Below, piece after piece: positions 1 to 8,341 of a stretch of 32,000 nucleotides of DNA (its first letter is position 1; every line of letters begins with the position of its first letter). Origin of the DNA: Gammaproteobacteria bacterium (GTDB lineage Bacteria > Pseudomonadota > Gammaproteobacteria > JBIOEC01); NCBI GenBank assembly GCA_965279305.1, contig OZ257143.1, positions 1,140,001-1,172,000 of the forward strand, in the 5' to 3' direction. Under the pieces are notes generated by a model. The model ran no database searches, was not told the origin of the DNA, and saw nothing but the letters and a program-made list of their open reading frames with translations. The translations under genes and the position numbers were made by a program.

Positions 1-938
1 CATAAAAAATCCGAGCTGCTTAATACACCATCGGTACGAGCGAATTCTAGTATAGAGGCCATCATGGTGCGAACATAAGCATGTTGTTTGGTAATGGCAA
101 CGACTCTTTTATCATCACGATATTTAGCTAGTACTTTTTTAACTTCAGAAGCTACGGCGCCAAAATCAGGTTTACCATTAATACTGCTAGCGGAAACTGC
201 ATTTAAAATACCAGCAGAAGTGCTGCGATCATGATTGGCTCTAGCAATAAAGGCGGCAAATAATGTTTTGGTATAAGGATTAAGTTTATCTATTCCTTCC
301 CAAGGAGCGCCTAGTTGCTCTGCAAATACACGCTCAGCTTTATCGCGAATCACTTCGGCGCGAATTTTCATTCCTCTTTGAATGAGTTTTTCACCTACGC
401 CTTGTTCTCTGACTTCGCGCAGCAATTGGTATTTTCTGGCAAATTCCATAGGGTTCATGGACATAGCCCATGGCCCTTGATCAATCGGTGTGTTAATTAA
501 GTCTTGTTTACTGGTAGGTAAAATTTGTGGCCATAAATCTTTTTGGCTGTCGTATAACGTTTTAAGATTGTAAATATGACGATAATGAGTGGCAAAAGGT
601 CCAAAATAAATCACAGCGGCAAGGGCTACGCAAATAACGGCAAAAGGAATGGAAACAAATTTTCCAGTGGTGCTCATTAGTAATTTAATGGTAGGAAAAT
701 CGACTTGCTCAGGATGAGCAATGTAAAATTCAACGATAGGGATCAATGCTTGTGGTTCACTACTATATAGAGTAGCGAATTGAAGTTCCCATAATTTGAC
801 GGTACATATGCCCATTACAAGATAATCTTTAAACACAAACCAAATAATAAGTGCAATAGCAATAACGGCGACAGATCCCCATAAAAAATCTAGGGAGCCT
901 GTCTGATCCTGCGCGGGTGGTGCGTTTTGTCCGGCCAT
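1..938 (-). CDS. icmP: IcmP/DotM, T4BSS coupling-complex inner-membrane protein (N-terminal ~312 codons; ORF runs off the left edge)
   Basis: Absent from the supplied ORF track because it is open at the window edge. My reverse-strand translation from the ATG (complement of 936-938) reads MAGQNAPPAQDQTGSLDFLWGSVAVIAIALIIWFVFKDY...MMASILEFARTDGVLSSSDFL with no stop down to base 1. It has N-terminal hydrophobic helices followed by a soluble domain, as in DotM/TrbA. It starts 8 nt after the icmS stop. Confidence 0.75.
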   Translation of the reverse strand, partial: MAGQNAPPAQDQTGSLDFLWGSVAVIAIALIIWFVFKDYLVMGICTVKLWELQFATLYSSEPQALIPIVEFYIAHPEQVDFPTIKLLMSTTGKFVSIPFAVICVALAAVIYFGPFATHYRHIYNLKTLYDSQKDLWPQILPTSKQDLINTPIDQGPWAMSMNPMEFARKYQLLREVREQGVGEKLIQRGMKIRAEVIRDKAERVFAEQLGAPWEGIDKLNPYTKTLFAAFIARANHDRSTSAGILNAVSASSINGKPDFGAVASEVKKVLAKYRDDKRVVAITKQHAYVRTMMASILEFARTDGVLSSSDFL

Positions 939-946
939 AGTATGCT

Positions 947-1285
947 CTAATCGTACATTAAGTCATCAAGGGCTATCGTATGTTTATCCGCTGCTGCTTC
1001 TATTAACTCATAAATAATTTCGGTTGCACATAATAATCGAAAAGAATCGGGTACTGTATCATCAAATTGGCAAATCACACCGAGTCTTGCATCGCTATCG
1101 GGTGGAAACTGAACACCTAAACCATAACTCAGGCAGAAAGCAGATAATTGATCTGCACGTCTCATAATAGCAGGTAATAGCCCGCGTTCAGCAAAAACAT
1201 CTTCTAGGGGGAGCACCTTGCCATTAAGTGTGAAATTAATTTTTAATTCTTCGGCAATGAAGGCGAGCTTAGAGCTTAGTTTCAT
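947..1285 (-). CDS. icmS: IcmS, small acidic T4BSS adaptor/chaperone
   Basis: 112 aa. Collinear with Legionella pneumophila IcmS (114 aa) as I recall it, with shared blocks GLLPAI..RADQL, CL.YGLG and RLLC and the same C-terminal DxLMYD ending. Confidence 0.88.
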   Translation of the reverse strand: MKLSSKLAFIAEELKINFTLNGKVLPLEDVFAERGLLPAIMRRADQLSAFCLSYGLGVQFPPDSDARLGVICQFDDTVPDSFRLLCATEIIYELIEAAADKHTIALDDLMYD

Positions 1286-1423
1286 AGCAAAATGTTATTC
1301 TATTTATGAAAGTAGTACTGTAACGGATATTACTTCTCTAATCAAGATAAATTCCCTGTAGACTATACTTCTATCTTAGGTTATATTAATCCTCTAAGAA
1401 ACAGACCTACGGATGGGCAAAAA

Positions 1424-1903
1424 ATGCGCACTCTCTTAATTTCTTTACTCTGTCCCTTACTCTGTATTAGCCTTATCGGATGTAGGCATAATTTTAATGA
1501 GCCGGAAGATCCACCAGAACTCCCTGATCTTAACAAAGCTGATTTATCTGAAGCAGCAATTGCTGCTACCGATTCTCTAGAGCAATTAGCTGCTATGGAT
1601 GCAGAACGTCAAGTAGTTAGAGTAGAACCGCAAACTCAAGAACAATTAGATTACCACATGCCTCAATTAGCCAGTGTAGATTGGACGGGGCCTGCAGAAC
1701 CTTTAGTTCGTCGTTTGGCGCAAGCAGTAAATTACCATGTGAGAGTCATTGGTAAAGCGCCACCGCATGTTATTATTGTGAGTATCAGTAAACGTGATGT
1801 ACCGGTGGGTGAATTGTTGCGTGATGTAGCGTTGCAAATTCATCGTGATGCTGATTTAGTTGTATTTCCTCAATCTAAACTTATTGAAATACACTATCAC
1901 TAA
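1424..1903 (+). CDS. dotD: DotD (TraH-like) outer-membrane lipoprotein of the T4BSS core complex
   Basis: 159 aa with a signal peptide ending in the lipobox LIGC. Size and position directly upstream of dotC-dotB match the conserved dotDCB unit. Confidence 0.8.
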   Translation: MRTLLISLLCPLLCISLIGCRHNFNEPEDPPELPDLNKADLSEAAIAATDSLEQLAAMDAERQVVRVEPQTQEQLDYHMPQLASVDWTGPAEPLVRRLAQAVNYHVRVIGKAPPHVIIVSISKRDVPVGELLRDVALQIHRDADLVVFPQSKLIEIHYH

Positions 1904-1923
1904 GTACTTATAAAGCGAACGAT

Positions 1924-2778
1924 ATGCCGCTAACAAAGATAAAAAAAGTTCAAGCCCATTTATCGCCTAATATATCAGTGGCTGGCGTGTTATTAGTTAG
2001 TTTATTCTTAAGCAGCTGTCGTGCCCCTCAATATCCTGTGGTGGGTCCTCTCGATCAATATGAAAATATTGAAGAATTAACTCAAAATAGTATTGAACCC
2101 GGTCAAGAAAAAGGCCCAGGCATGCGTCTTGATATGGTTCGTGATGCTGCATTAAGTTTAGGCGCTAGAGGTGGTTTAGCTGCGCGCACTGAACAAATTA
2201 ATGAAGAACTAGAAGATCAAGCCGATTACTTAGAAAGCGTTTTTAATTTTCAAGGGTTAATGCTAGATAATAATGTGTTGCCACCCGTATTAGTGGAAGG
2301 GCGTGATGCTTTAAATTTAGAAGGTCCTTATTCTATAAGAATTGCCGATCGCAACTATCGATTGGTTAAACAAGCGAAATTTGTAACCGCTGTGCCTACC
2401 TGGCAAGATTATTTAATCGTACAAGTTAAAAAACCAGAACCACCCGATAAAAGTTTATTGCCTAAAGATGATGACGAAGAAGAAATTATGATTTGGCATG
2501 AATATACTCGTATAGGTTGGGAGCAAGGTATTGCACAAGCCGATAGTATTTACGCCGAAAACTTAGCGCGATTAAAACGCGATTACACGGGCATGATTCG
2601 TTATCGTAAATTATTAGCACAAAATATGGTATCACCTCCTTTAGTAGCAGAAAAAGAAATGGGTGTAACAGGCGGAGGCGAGCAGTTGTCAGTGAATGAC
2701 AGAGTGTTAACCATTAAAGCACTGCCGTCTCTAAAAGCAAACAGCGAACAATGGATCCCAATAGTCACCGATGAGTAA
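1924..2778 (+). CDS. dotC: DotC (TraI-like) outer-membrane lipoprotein of the T4BSS core complex
   Basis: 284 aa with lipobox LSSC after a hydrophobic leader. There is a 20-nt gap after dotD and an 8-nt ATGAGTAA overlap with dotB. Confidence 0.8.
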   Translation: MPLTKIKKVQAHLSPNISVAGVLLVSLFLSSCRAPQYPVVGPLDQYENIEELTQNSIEPGQEKGPGMRLDMVRDAALSLGARGGLAARTEQINEELEDQADYLESVFNFQGLMLDNNVLPPVLVEGRDALNLEGPYSIRIADRNYRLVKQAKFVTAVPTWQDYLIVQVKKPEPPDKSLLPKDDDEEEIMIWHEYTRIGWEQGIAQADSIYAENLARLKRDYTGMIRYRKLLAQNMVSPPLVAEKEMGVTGGGEQLSVNDRVLTIKALPSLKANSEQWIPIVTDE

Positions 2779-3799
2779 CTCTTTACCTGACAAACCAAAA
2801 AAGCCTACCGATAAAAAAGTAGAAAATGACTTGATGTTGCCTCACGAGCCTAGTCGTTTTTTGCCTACTGATTTAGATGGTTTATTATTATTTTGCGTGC
2901 AACATAATGCGTCTGATATTACTTTGCAAACCGGCGAGAAAGTGATTGCCGATATTTACGGTCGTTTGCATCGTATTTCTGAACATGAATTAAGTAATGC
3001 CGAAGTGAGTGAATTACTGAATCATATTTATGGTGCTAACGGTACTGCACAAATTTTAAGCGGTAGAGACGTAGATACACATTATGAAGTCAAACCGCAA
3101 CGTGGGCAGCGCTATCGTTTTCGTGTGAATGCTACTGGTTGTCATATTGGTGGGCATGATGGTATTCAAGTTACCTTGAGAACCATTCCTATTGATCCGC
3201 CATTTTTAAAAGATATGAATTTAGATCCGCGCTTAGTGCAAGCACTTATTCCGCCGCAAGGTATTGTGGTGGTATCGGGTGCTACAGGTTCAGGTAAAAG
3301 TACTTTATTAGCCGCCATTATGCGAGAAATTTTAGAAACCTCACACGGTAAGGTTTTAAGTTACGAAGCGCCTATTGAGTTTGTTTACGATAACGTGCCA
3401 CAGCCATTTACGGCGATTGCTCAACATGAAATTCCAGCGAATTTACCTGATTTCCCTGCCGCGGTTCGAAATGCTTTACGACGAAAACCTACCTATATAT
3501 TAGTAGGGGAGGCTAGGGATAGAGAAACCATTAGCGCTGTAATCGATGCTGCTCTTACTGGTCATACTGTTTATACCACCGTGCATAGTAATGGGGTGGC
3601 GGACACCATTCGTCGTATGATTTCAGCGTTTCCGGCCGAAGAGCGCCATAGCCGAGCTATGGATTTAATCGTTTTATTAAGGGTGGTGATTTGGCAGACC
3701 CTACTGCCCAGTAAAGATGGCAAACGAGTGCCCTTACGGGAATGGTTGGTGTTCAATGAAACCGTTAGAAAACGCTTGTTACGGTCCGATTTCGACTAA
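2771..3799 (+). CDS. dotB: DotB, PilT-like hexameric secretion ATPase (C-terminally short relative to Legionella DotB)
   Basis: 342 aa with Walker A GATGSGKST, Asp box ILVGEARD and His box TGHTVYTTVHS. Collinear with L. pneumophila DotB as recalled (EP.RF.P, DIDTHYE, RYR.RVNAT, RNALRRKP, REWLVF). Confidence 0.93.
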   Translation: MSNSLPDKPKKPTDKKVENDLMLPHEPSRFLPTDLDGLLLFCVQHNASDITLQTGEKVIADIYGRLHRISEHELSNAEVSELLNHIYGANGTAQILSGRDVDTHYEVKPQRGQRYRFRVNATGCHIGGHDGIQVTLRTIPIDPPFLKDMNLDPRLVQALIPPQGIVVVSGATGSGKSTLLAAIMREILETSHGKVLSYEAPIEFVYDNVPQPFTAIAQHEIPANLPDFPAAVRNALRRKPTYILVGEARDRETISAVIDAALTGHTVYTTVHSNGVADTIRRMISAFPAEERHSRAMDLIVLLRVVIWQTLLPSKDGKRVPLREWLVFNETVRKRLLRSDFD

Positions 3800-3880
3800 A
3801 CTCAAGGTGTTAGGTCGCTATAATTCCTTACAGTAGTCTCAAATATAGTCTGAGTTGTCTTACTTAAAAAAGGCAAAAAG

Positions 3881-3889
3881 TGCTATAAT
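3881..3889 (+). promoter_or_regulatory. Extended -10 element TGCTATAAT in the dotB / ORF-139 spacer
   Basis: Exact TGnTATAAT lies 48 nt upstream of the 3937 ATG, inside a 137-bp gap that interrupts otherwise tightly packed genes. A second TATAAT is at 3817-3822. No good -35 element is present. Confidence 0.35.
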
Positions 3890-3936
3890 AATGGTGTAGA
3901 AGAAGTAAAAAGAACTTTGTTGATAGGTCAAATATT

Positions 3937-4356
3937 ATGGAAAATAAGACACAAAAGAAAGTTCCACTCCATAGCGAAATTAATGATTTATTAAACGAGT
4001 TTGGAGAGTCAGTGGAGACGGCAGCTCAAAATTCCCTTTTTCGTCAACAAGTTGCGAAGGAAATTTTAGATTTGTTTTCACCAGAAGGTAAATCAGCTTT
4101 TGCGCAGGATACGACAAGAGCGATTTTAGAGAGCTTTCAGAAGGGCGCGTTAGACAAGGAGGATATTTACTTAATTCGCGACTTCATGGTAGAGTGGAAA
4201 ACACATACAGAGAAGCAAGAAGAAGGTCTCGGTATGCATGAAGTGATAGGGATTGTTTTAAAAGCAGGGAAAGCTGGGGAATCTATCTCCGATGCTGCGA
4301 AAGAGTTGTTAAAAAAGCACGTCGTTGAGGAAGATGTTTTAGTGGGTTACCAGTAA
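3937..4356 (+). CDS. Hypothetical small acidic, Glu/Lys-rich (probably helical) protein embedded in the T4BSS operon
   Basis: 139-aa ORF in the same orientation as its neighbours. It has no hydrophobic segment and no motif I recognise. It does not resemble IcmQ, IcmR, IcmW or IcmS as I recall them. Confidence 0.6.
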   Translation: MENKTQKKVPLHSEINDLLNEFGESVETAAQNSLFRQQVAKEILDLFSPEGKSAFAQDTTRAILESFQKGALDKEDIYLIRDFMVEWKTHTEKQEEGLGMHEVIGIVLKAGKAGESISDAAKELLKKHVVEEDVLVGYQ

Positions 4357-4371
4357 TAGAGAAAGAAGTTT

Positions 4372-4674
4372 ATGTCAGTAGATAAAAAGAATTTACATAC
4401 AATTGATGCCGATGCTGATTTGCACGAGCTTCAGATTGATAATGCTTTGCATGCTTTCTTGCAAACCAATCCTGTTTTAGCTGCTCGTTTCGAAAAAGCG
4501 GGACCAACAGCCACTACATTTTTAAGAACCATTTTTGCTGGTATGGTTAATCATGAAGTGGATCCTCATAGTTTCGCCGAATTTTTAGCGAATAAATTAG
4601 ATGTAGCACCCGATTTGGCAAGAGCAGAAGCACCTACTCCTGCGCGCCCCGCTGGTCCAGCGCCTGCTGCTTAA
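4372..4674 (+). CDS. Hypothetical small acidic protein with a Pro/Ala-rich C-terminal tail, embedded in the T4BSS operon
   Basis: 100-aa ORF starting 15 nt after the previous ORF. The acidic N-terminal ~80 aa are followed by the tail APTPARPAGPAPAA. No signal peptide or TM segment. Confidence 0.55.
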   Translation: MSVDKKNLHTIDADADLHELQIDNALHAFLQTNPVLAARFEKAGPTATTFLRTIFAGMVNHEVDPHSFAEFLANKLDVAPDLARAEAPTPARPAGPAPAA

Positions 4675-4692
4675 TAAGTTTTACTTAATAAG
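4669..4692 (+). promoter_or_regulatory. Perfect direct repeat CTTAATAAGT-N4-CTTAATAAGT upstream of icmT
   Basis: Two identical 10-mers at 4669-4678 and 4683-4692, located 50 nt upstream of the icmT ATG. The first copy overlaps the stop codon of the 100-aa ORF. The TTAAT cores recall PmrA-type boxes, but the period is 14 rather than 11. Confidence 0.35.
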
Positions 4693-4741
4693 TCAGTGGA
4701 TATTTTGTACCCGTACCAATGGAATAAAAAAGGGGAACGTT

Positions 4742-5008
4742 ATGGCTGTGCAAACACCTTCAAATGCTCATTGGCGCGATTCTGCGCGTAACCCTCGTTT
4801 TTTTATTATGGATTATCGAGCAGCATTTCCTTTGCTTGCTCTGATATTTAATCCCTCTTGGACTATGCTTTATATCACGGTTGCTTTTGTGATTTTTTTT
4901 GTGGCGTTGGAATATTATGGGTTTACCGTTCCTGTTTTTTTTCGTTGGTTGCGCTCAGCGATGGCGGGTCCGCGTAAAGAATCTTATCCTTGGTGGATGA
5001 AACACTAA
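4742..5008 (+). CDS. icmT: IcmT (TraK-like) small inner-membrane T4BSS protein
   Basis: 88 aa. HWRDSARNPRFF, a hydrophobic hairpin, and YGFTV..F.RWLR...GPRK..PWWM match IcmT (86 aa in L. pneumophila) as recalled. Confidence 0.88.
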   Translation: MAVQTPSNAHWRDSARNPRFFIMDYRAAFPLLALIFNPSWTMLYITVAFVIFFVALEYYGFTVPVFFRWLRSAMAGPRKESYPWWMKH

Positions 5009-5179
5009 CTTAAGTTGTACACTTTTTAATTAAGTACTTTTTTTCTCCAAAAAAATGACTCTGATGGGTATATTTTCCGGAGGCGCTATAGTAAAATCAC
5101 CAGTAATGCCGTTGGGAGAGGTCCGTCTATACAATATATAGGGGATCCTGATTAAACTAACTTAATCACATAAGGACGC

Positions 5180-5833
5180 ATGTGCATGGAGCAAGGCGGA
5201 TTAGAAGCGGTACGTTTTCGTAATCAATTCTATAAAGACGGCTATCGTAAAGTGCTGTCTATTCTTTTACTTTCTTTTATATTAAATGCGGTCCTAGTTG
5301 GCTTCATCTACTTTTTGTATGTGACGCGTCCTACACCCACTTACTTTGCTACGAACGTAGATGGTAGCTTAAAAGAATTGATTCCCCTGAACCAACCTTA
5401 CGTAAACCAAGAGCAATTATTAAGTTGGGCTTCGCAAGCGGCGATTGCGGCGTATTCCTTTAACTTTTTGGACTATCGCAGCAACTTACAAAATGCGCGT
5501 CAGTATTTTACGCCTGAAGGTTTCGATAATTTTGTGAAAGCATTAGATGCCTCCGGTAACTTACAAACAGTGATTAAAAACCGTTTAGTGGTCAAGCCGG
5601 TTATTACGGATGTGCCGATTATTGTGAAAGAAGGGATGATTTCTAATGAACGCTACGGATGGCGTATACAAATCCCTATGTTAATTCAGTACGTGAGTGC
5701 GAGTGATAAAATTGAGCAGCCTGTATTGGTTACTTTATTGGTAGTTCGTGTTTCTACGCTAACCTCTAGCGGAGGAATTGCGATTGCATCATTTGTGACT
5801 GAAGATCGCAAGCCGACTTATCATAATCGTTAA
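5180..5833 (+). CDS. icmL: IcmL/DotI (TraM-like) inner-membrane T4BSS protein
   Basis: 217 aa. RFRNQFYKDGYRK is followed by one TM helix (ILLLSFILNAVLVGFIYFLYV) and a periplasmic domain. Size and position match DotI. An alternative start at 5186 is possible. Confidence 0.8.
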   Translation: MCMEQGGLEAVRFRNQFYKDGYRKVLSILLLSFILNAVLVGFIYFLYVTRPTPTYFATNVDGSLKELIPLNQPYVNQEQLLSWASQAAIAAYSFNFLDYRSNLQNARQYFTPEGFDNFVKALDASGNLQTVIKNRLVVKPVITDVPIIVKEGMISNERYGWRIQIPMLIQYVSASDKIEQPVLVTLLVVRVSTLTSSGGIAIASFVTEDRKPTYHNR

Positions 5834-5850
5834 GAATTGGATGAAAAGAG

Positions 5851-6975
5851 ATGGTTGTGAAAAATTTTAAATTTGTTGTTGGTGTCATAAGCTTATTTGT
5901 CGCTTTTAATGCAATAGCGAATGATGCTTCTATGGAATTTCAACAATTAACTCCATTAGATCAAATGAATGGTAATAATATGCAACAAACATTACCTCCA
6001 TTAAATTTGCCTCCAGTGACTTCTACTAATCAACCTTCTAATCAGGTCGCATCAACGCCTGATCAAATTCAACAATTACAGCAGATGCAACAATTGCATC
6101 AAATGCAATTACAACAACCTGCTAATTCTATGCCAGCAACGGGTATTCCGGCGAGTTCTTTTGAACAGATCCCAGTAACACCTAGTGCGCCGGTTAGCCA
6201 ATTTGGCAGTGTTAATGATCCTGCTTTTCAAAATGTATTGAAAAAGCAATTTCCATTAACACCGGATCAAATTTTACGTTTACGTGAAGTGATGCAAGAT
6301 ACGCAGCGTGCAACCGCTACACCATTGCAACCACCTACACCTACCGTATCTACACAAACCGTGAGTTTATCTCCCGGCACTATGCCTCCTGTTATTCGTT
6401 TAGCTACAGGTTATGTGTCTTCTATTGTATTTGTAGATGAAACCGGATCGGCGTGGCCTATTGTAGGTTATAGCATTGGTAATCCTTCTGCTTTTAATAT
6501 TCAGTGGGATCAAAAAGGTAATGTGTTAATGATGCAAGGTGTTGGCGCTTATCAAACCGGAAATTTGGCAGTTCAGTTACAAGGATTGAGCATGCCCGTG
6601 ATGGTAACGATTGTTAACGATCAAAAAATTGTAGATTACCGAGTTGATTTACGTTTACAAGGACGTGGACCTTACGCGAATGCTCCTTTAATGGGAAATC
6701 CAGTTCCTGCAGGTGCTGCACCTGTGCTCATTAATTTATTAGATGGTGTTCCTCCTCAAGGTAGCGAAGGATTATCGATTGCTGGTGGTGATGCGCAAGC
6801 ATGGCAATATAATAATATGATTTATTTACGTACTCGATTAACGGTTCTGTCTCCTGCATGGAACAGCACCATGACTAGCCCCGATGGAATGAAGGTGTAT
6901 GAAATGAATACCACACCTATGATTTTAGCGTCTGATCAAGGGCAAACCGTGACTTTAAAAGTGGAAGGTTTATAG
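5851..6975 (+). CDS. icmK: IcmK/DotH (TraN-like) outer-membrane core-complex protein
   Basis: 374 aa with a signal peptide (VAFNAIA-ND), a Gln/Pro-rich low-complexity N-terminal third (QIQQLQQMQQLHQMQLQQ) and a beta-rich C-terminal domain. It lies between icmL and icmE. Confidence 0.75.
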   Translation: MVVKNFKFVVGVISLFVAFNAIANDASMEFQQLTPLDQMNGNNMQQTLPPLNLPPVTSTNQPSNQVASTPDQIQQLQQMQQLHQMQLQQPANSMPATGIPASSFEQIPVTPSAPVSQFGSVNDPAFQNVLKKQFPLTPDQILRLREVMQDTQRATATPLQPPTPTVSTQTVSLSPGTMPPVIRLATGYVSSIVFVDETGSAWPIVGYSIGNPSAFNIQWDQKGNVLMMQGVGAYQTGNLAVQLQGLSMPVMVTIVNDQKIVDYRVDLRLQGRGPYANAPLMGNPVPAGAAPVLINLLDGVPPQGSEGLSIAGGDAQAWQYNNMIYLRTRLTVLSPAWNSTMTSPDGMKVYEMNTTPMILASDQGQTVTLKVEGL

Positions 6976-6976
6976 T

Positions 6977-8341
6977 ATGAAAAATCCTTTGGCTTCTTTA
7001 AAAATGCGTTTACCTGATTTAAAAGGGCGTACATTGCTCATTGTTATTGGAGCTGTGTTGATTTTGGTTATGCTTATTATGTTTATTTTTAAACCCAGTC
7101 AAGATATTACTGGCACAACTCCTTCTGGTGCGTCTACTGTAAGAGCACCCCGTTTAGAATCTACACCAGGCGTGAGTAAAGTGAACGATCAGTCGTATGT
7201 AGAATTGCAGCGCCAGGCGAATTTACAAAAAGCACAAACCGCTATTCAAGGTGGAAATAGTGCCGTTGCTACGGTAACCAGCGATCAATATGTGAATGAA
7301 CTCAGTATTCCTGAACCCGGTATTGCCAGTGTTCAAGGACGTGGTGTTATTGCACAAACTACAGCAGAGCAACAAAGAAGAGAAAATGCATCATTAGAGC
7401 AATATCAGCGTACTTATCAAGAGCAAATTAAGCGCGAGCAAGTGAGAGAGCAAGAACGCATCGTGCAAGAACAATCAAAACAACAAGAAGCCTATCAAGA
7501 AGCTTATGAAAGTTTAATGCAATCACAAGCCAAAAATTTATTAGGTCAGTGGCAGCCGCAAAGCCAAGCCTATGTGCATGGCACTATTCCAAGTGGAAGT
7601 GAAAATGGTGCTCCTATTAAAGGTACAGGACCACTTCCTATGTATAAAGCAGGGGATATTATTTTTGGTATTATGGAAACCTCGGTGAATAGTGATGAAC
7701 CCGGTCCTGTGATGGTAAAAGTGGTTTCTGGGCCTTTAGTCGGTTCTAAATTAATTGGATCGTTCCGCCGAGTGGATGATCAAGTATTTCTTGAATTTAC
7801 TTTATTAAATGATCCTAATGCAGCTCATAGTGTTCCTGTAAAAGCAGTGGCTATCGATCCTGAAACAGCTCGCACAGCATTGGCGTCTGATGTGGATTAC
7901 CACCGTTTACTACGTTACGGTACGTTATTTGCTTCTGCTTTTTTACAAGGGATGGGAGAAGCGGTGTTGGCCGGTATTCAGCCAGACTTTACCGTGGATG
8001 GCAGCACGTTTACCGTTAATAATGTATCCACAACCACTAAAGATCAGGTGTTAGTGGGTATAGGTGAAGTGGGTACTAAATTAGGTGATAAATTAGATCC
8101 TATATTTAATACACCTCCAACTGTCACTGTCGATTCTGGAACAGCTGTTGGTTTATTATTCTTACAAGATTTTGTATTAAATCCAGAACCCAATAGTGCG
8201 ACAGCATCGCCTGCTCGTCCTATTCAAATTGTTGAAGAACGTTCAGCACAAGCGGGATCAGGTTTAATGAACGCTAATTTAAGTAAGATCCCAACGACTA
8301 CAAGTACCACATCTACTAATAATACGGTGACATCACGATGA
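6977..8341 (+). CDS. icmE: IcmE/DotG (TraO / VirB10-TrbI-like) core-complex protein, short form without repeat region
   Basis: 454 aa with an N-terminal TM (LLIVIGAVLILVMLIMFIF), a Gln/Glu-rich coiled region, and a C-terminal TrbI/VirB10-type block GDIIFGIMETSVNSDEPGPVMVKVVSGPLVGSKLIGSF. There is a 1-nt gap after icmK and an ATGA overlap with icmG. Confidence 0.8.
   Translation: MKNPLASLKMRLPDLKGRTLLIVIGAVLILVMLIMFIFKPSQDITGTTPSGASTVRAPRLESTPGVSKVNDQSYVELQRQANLQKAQTAIQGGNSAVATVTSDQYVNELSIPEPGIASVQGRGVIAQTTAEQQRRENASLEQYQRTYQEQIKREQVREQERIVQEQSKQQEAYQEAYESLMQSQAKNLLGQWQPQSQAYVHGTIPSGSENGAPIKGTGPLPMYKAGDIIFGIMETSVNSDEPGPVMVKVVSGPLVGSKLIGSFRRVDDQVFLEFTLLNDPNAAHSVPVKAVAIDPETARTALASDVDYHRLLRYGTLFASAFLQGMGEAVLAGIQPDFTVDGSTFTVNNVSTTTKDQVLVGIGEVGTKLGDKLDPIFNTPPTVTVDSGTAVGLLFLQDFVLNPEPNSATASPARPIQIVEERSAQAGSGLMNANLSKIPTTTSTTSTNNTVTSR

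Noticed and set aside
315-500. 61-aa plus-strand ORF in the track
   Set aside because: It lies entirely antisense within the long open minus-strand frame that I translate as IcmP/DotM. It has no SD and an odd composition.
5055-5141. 28-aa ORF (MTLMGIFSGGAIVKSPVMPLGEVRLYNI) in the 171-bp icmT-icmL spacer, considered as a remnant of a small T4BSS gene (TraL/IcmM position)
   Set aside because: It has no SD and no TM segment. It is too short, with no similarity I can recognise. The spacer more likely holds an internal promoter (several TATA-like hexamers) and a weak AT hairpin (T7-CTCC-A7).
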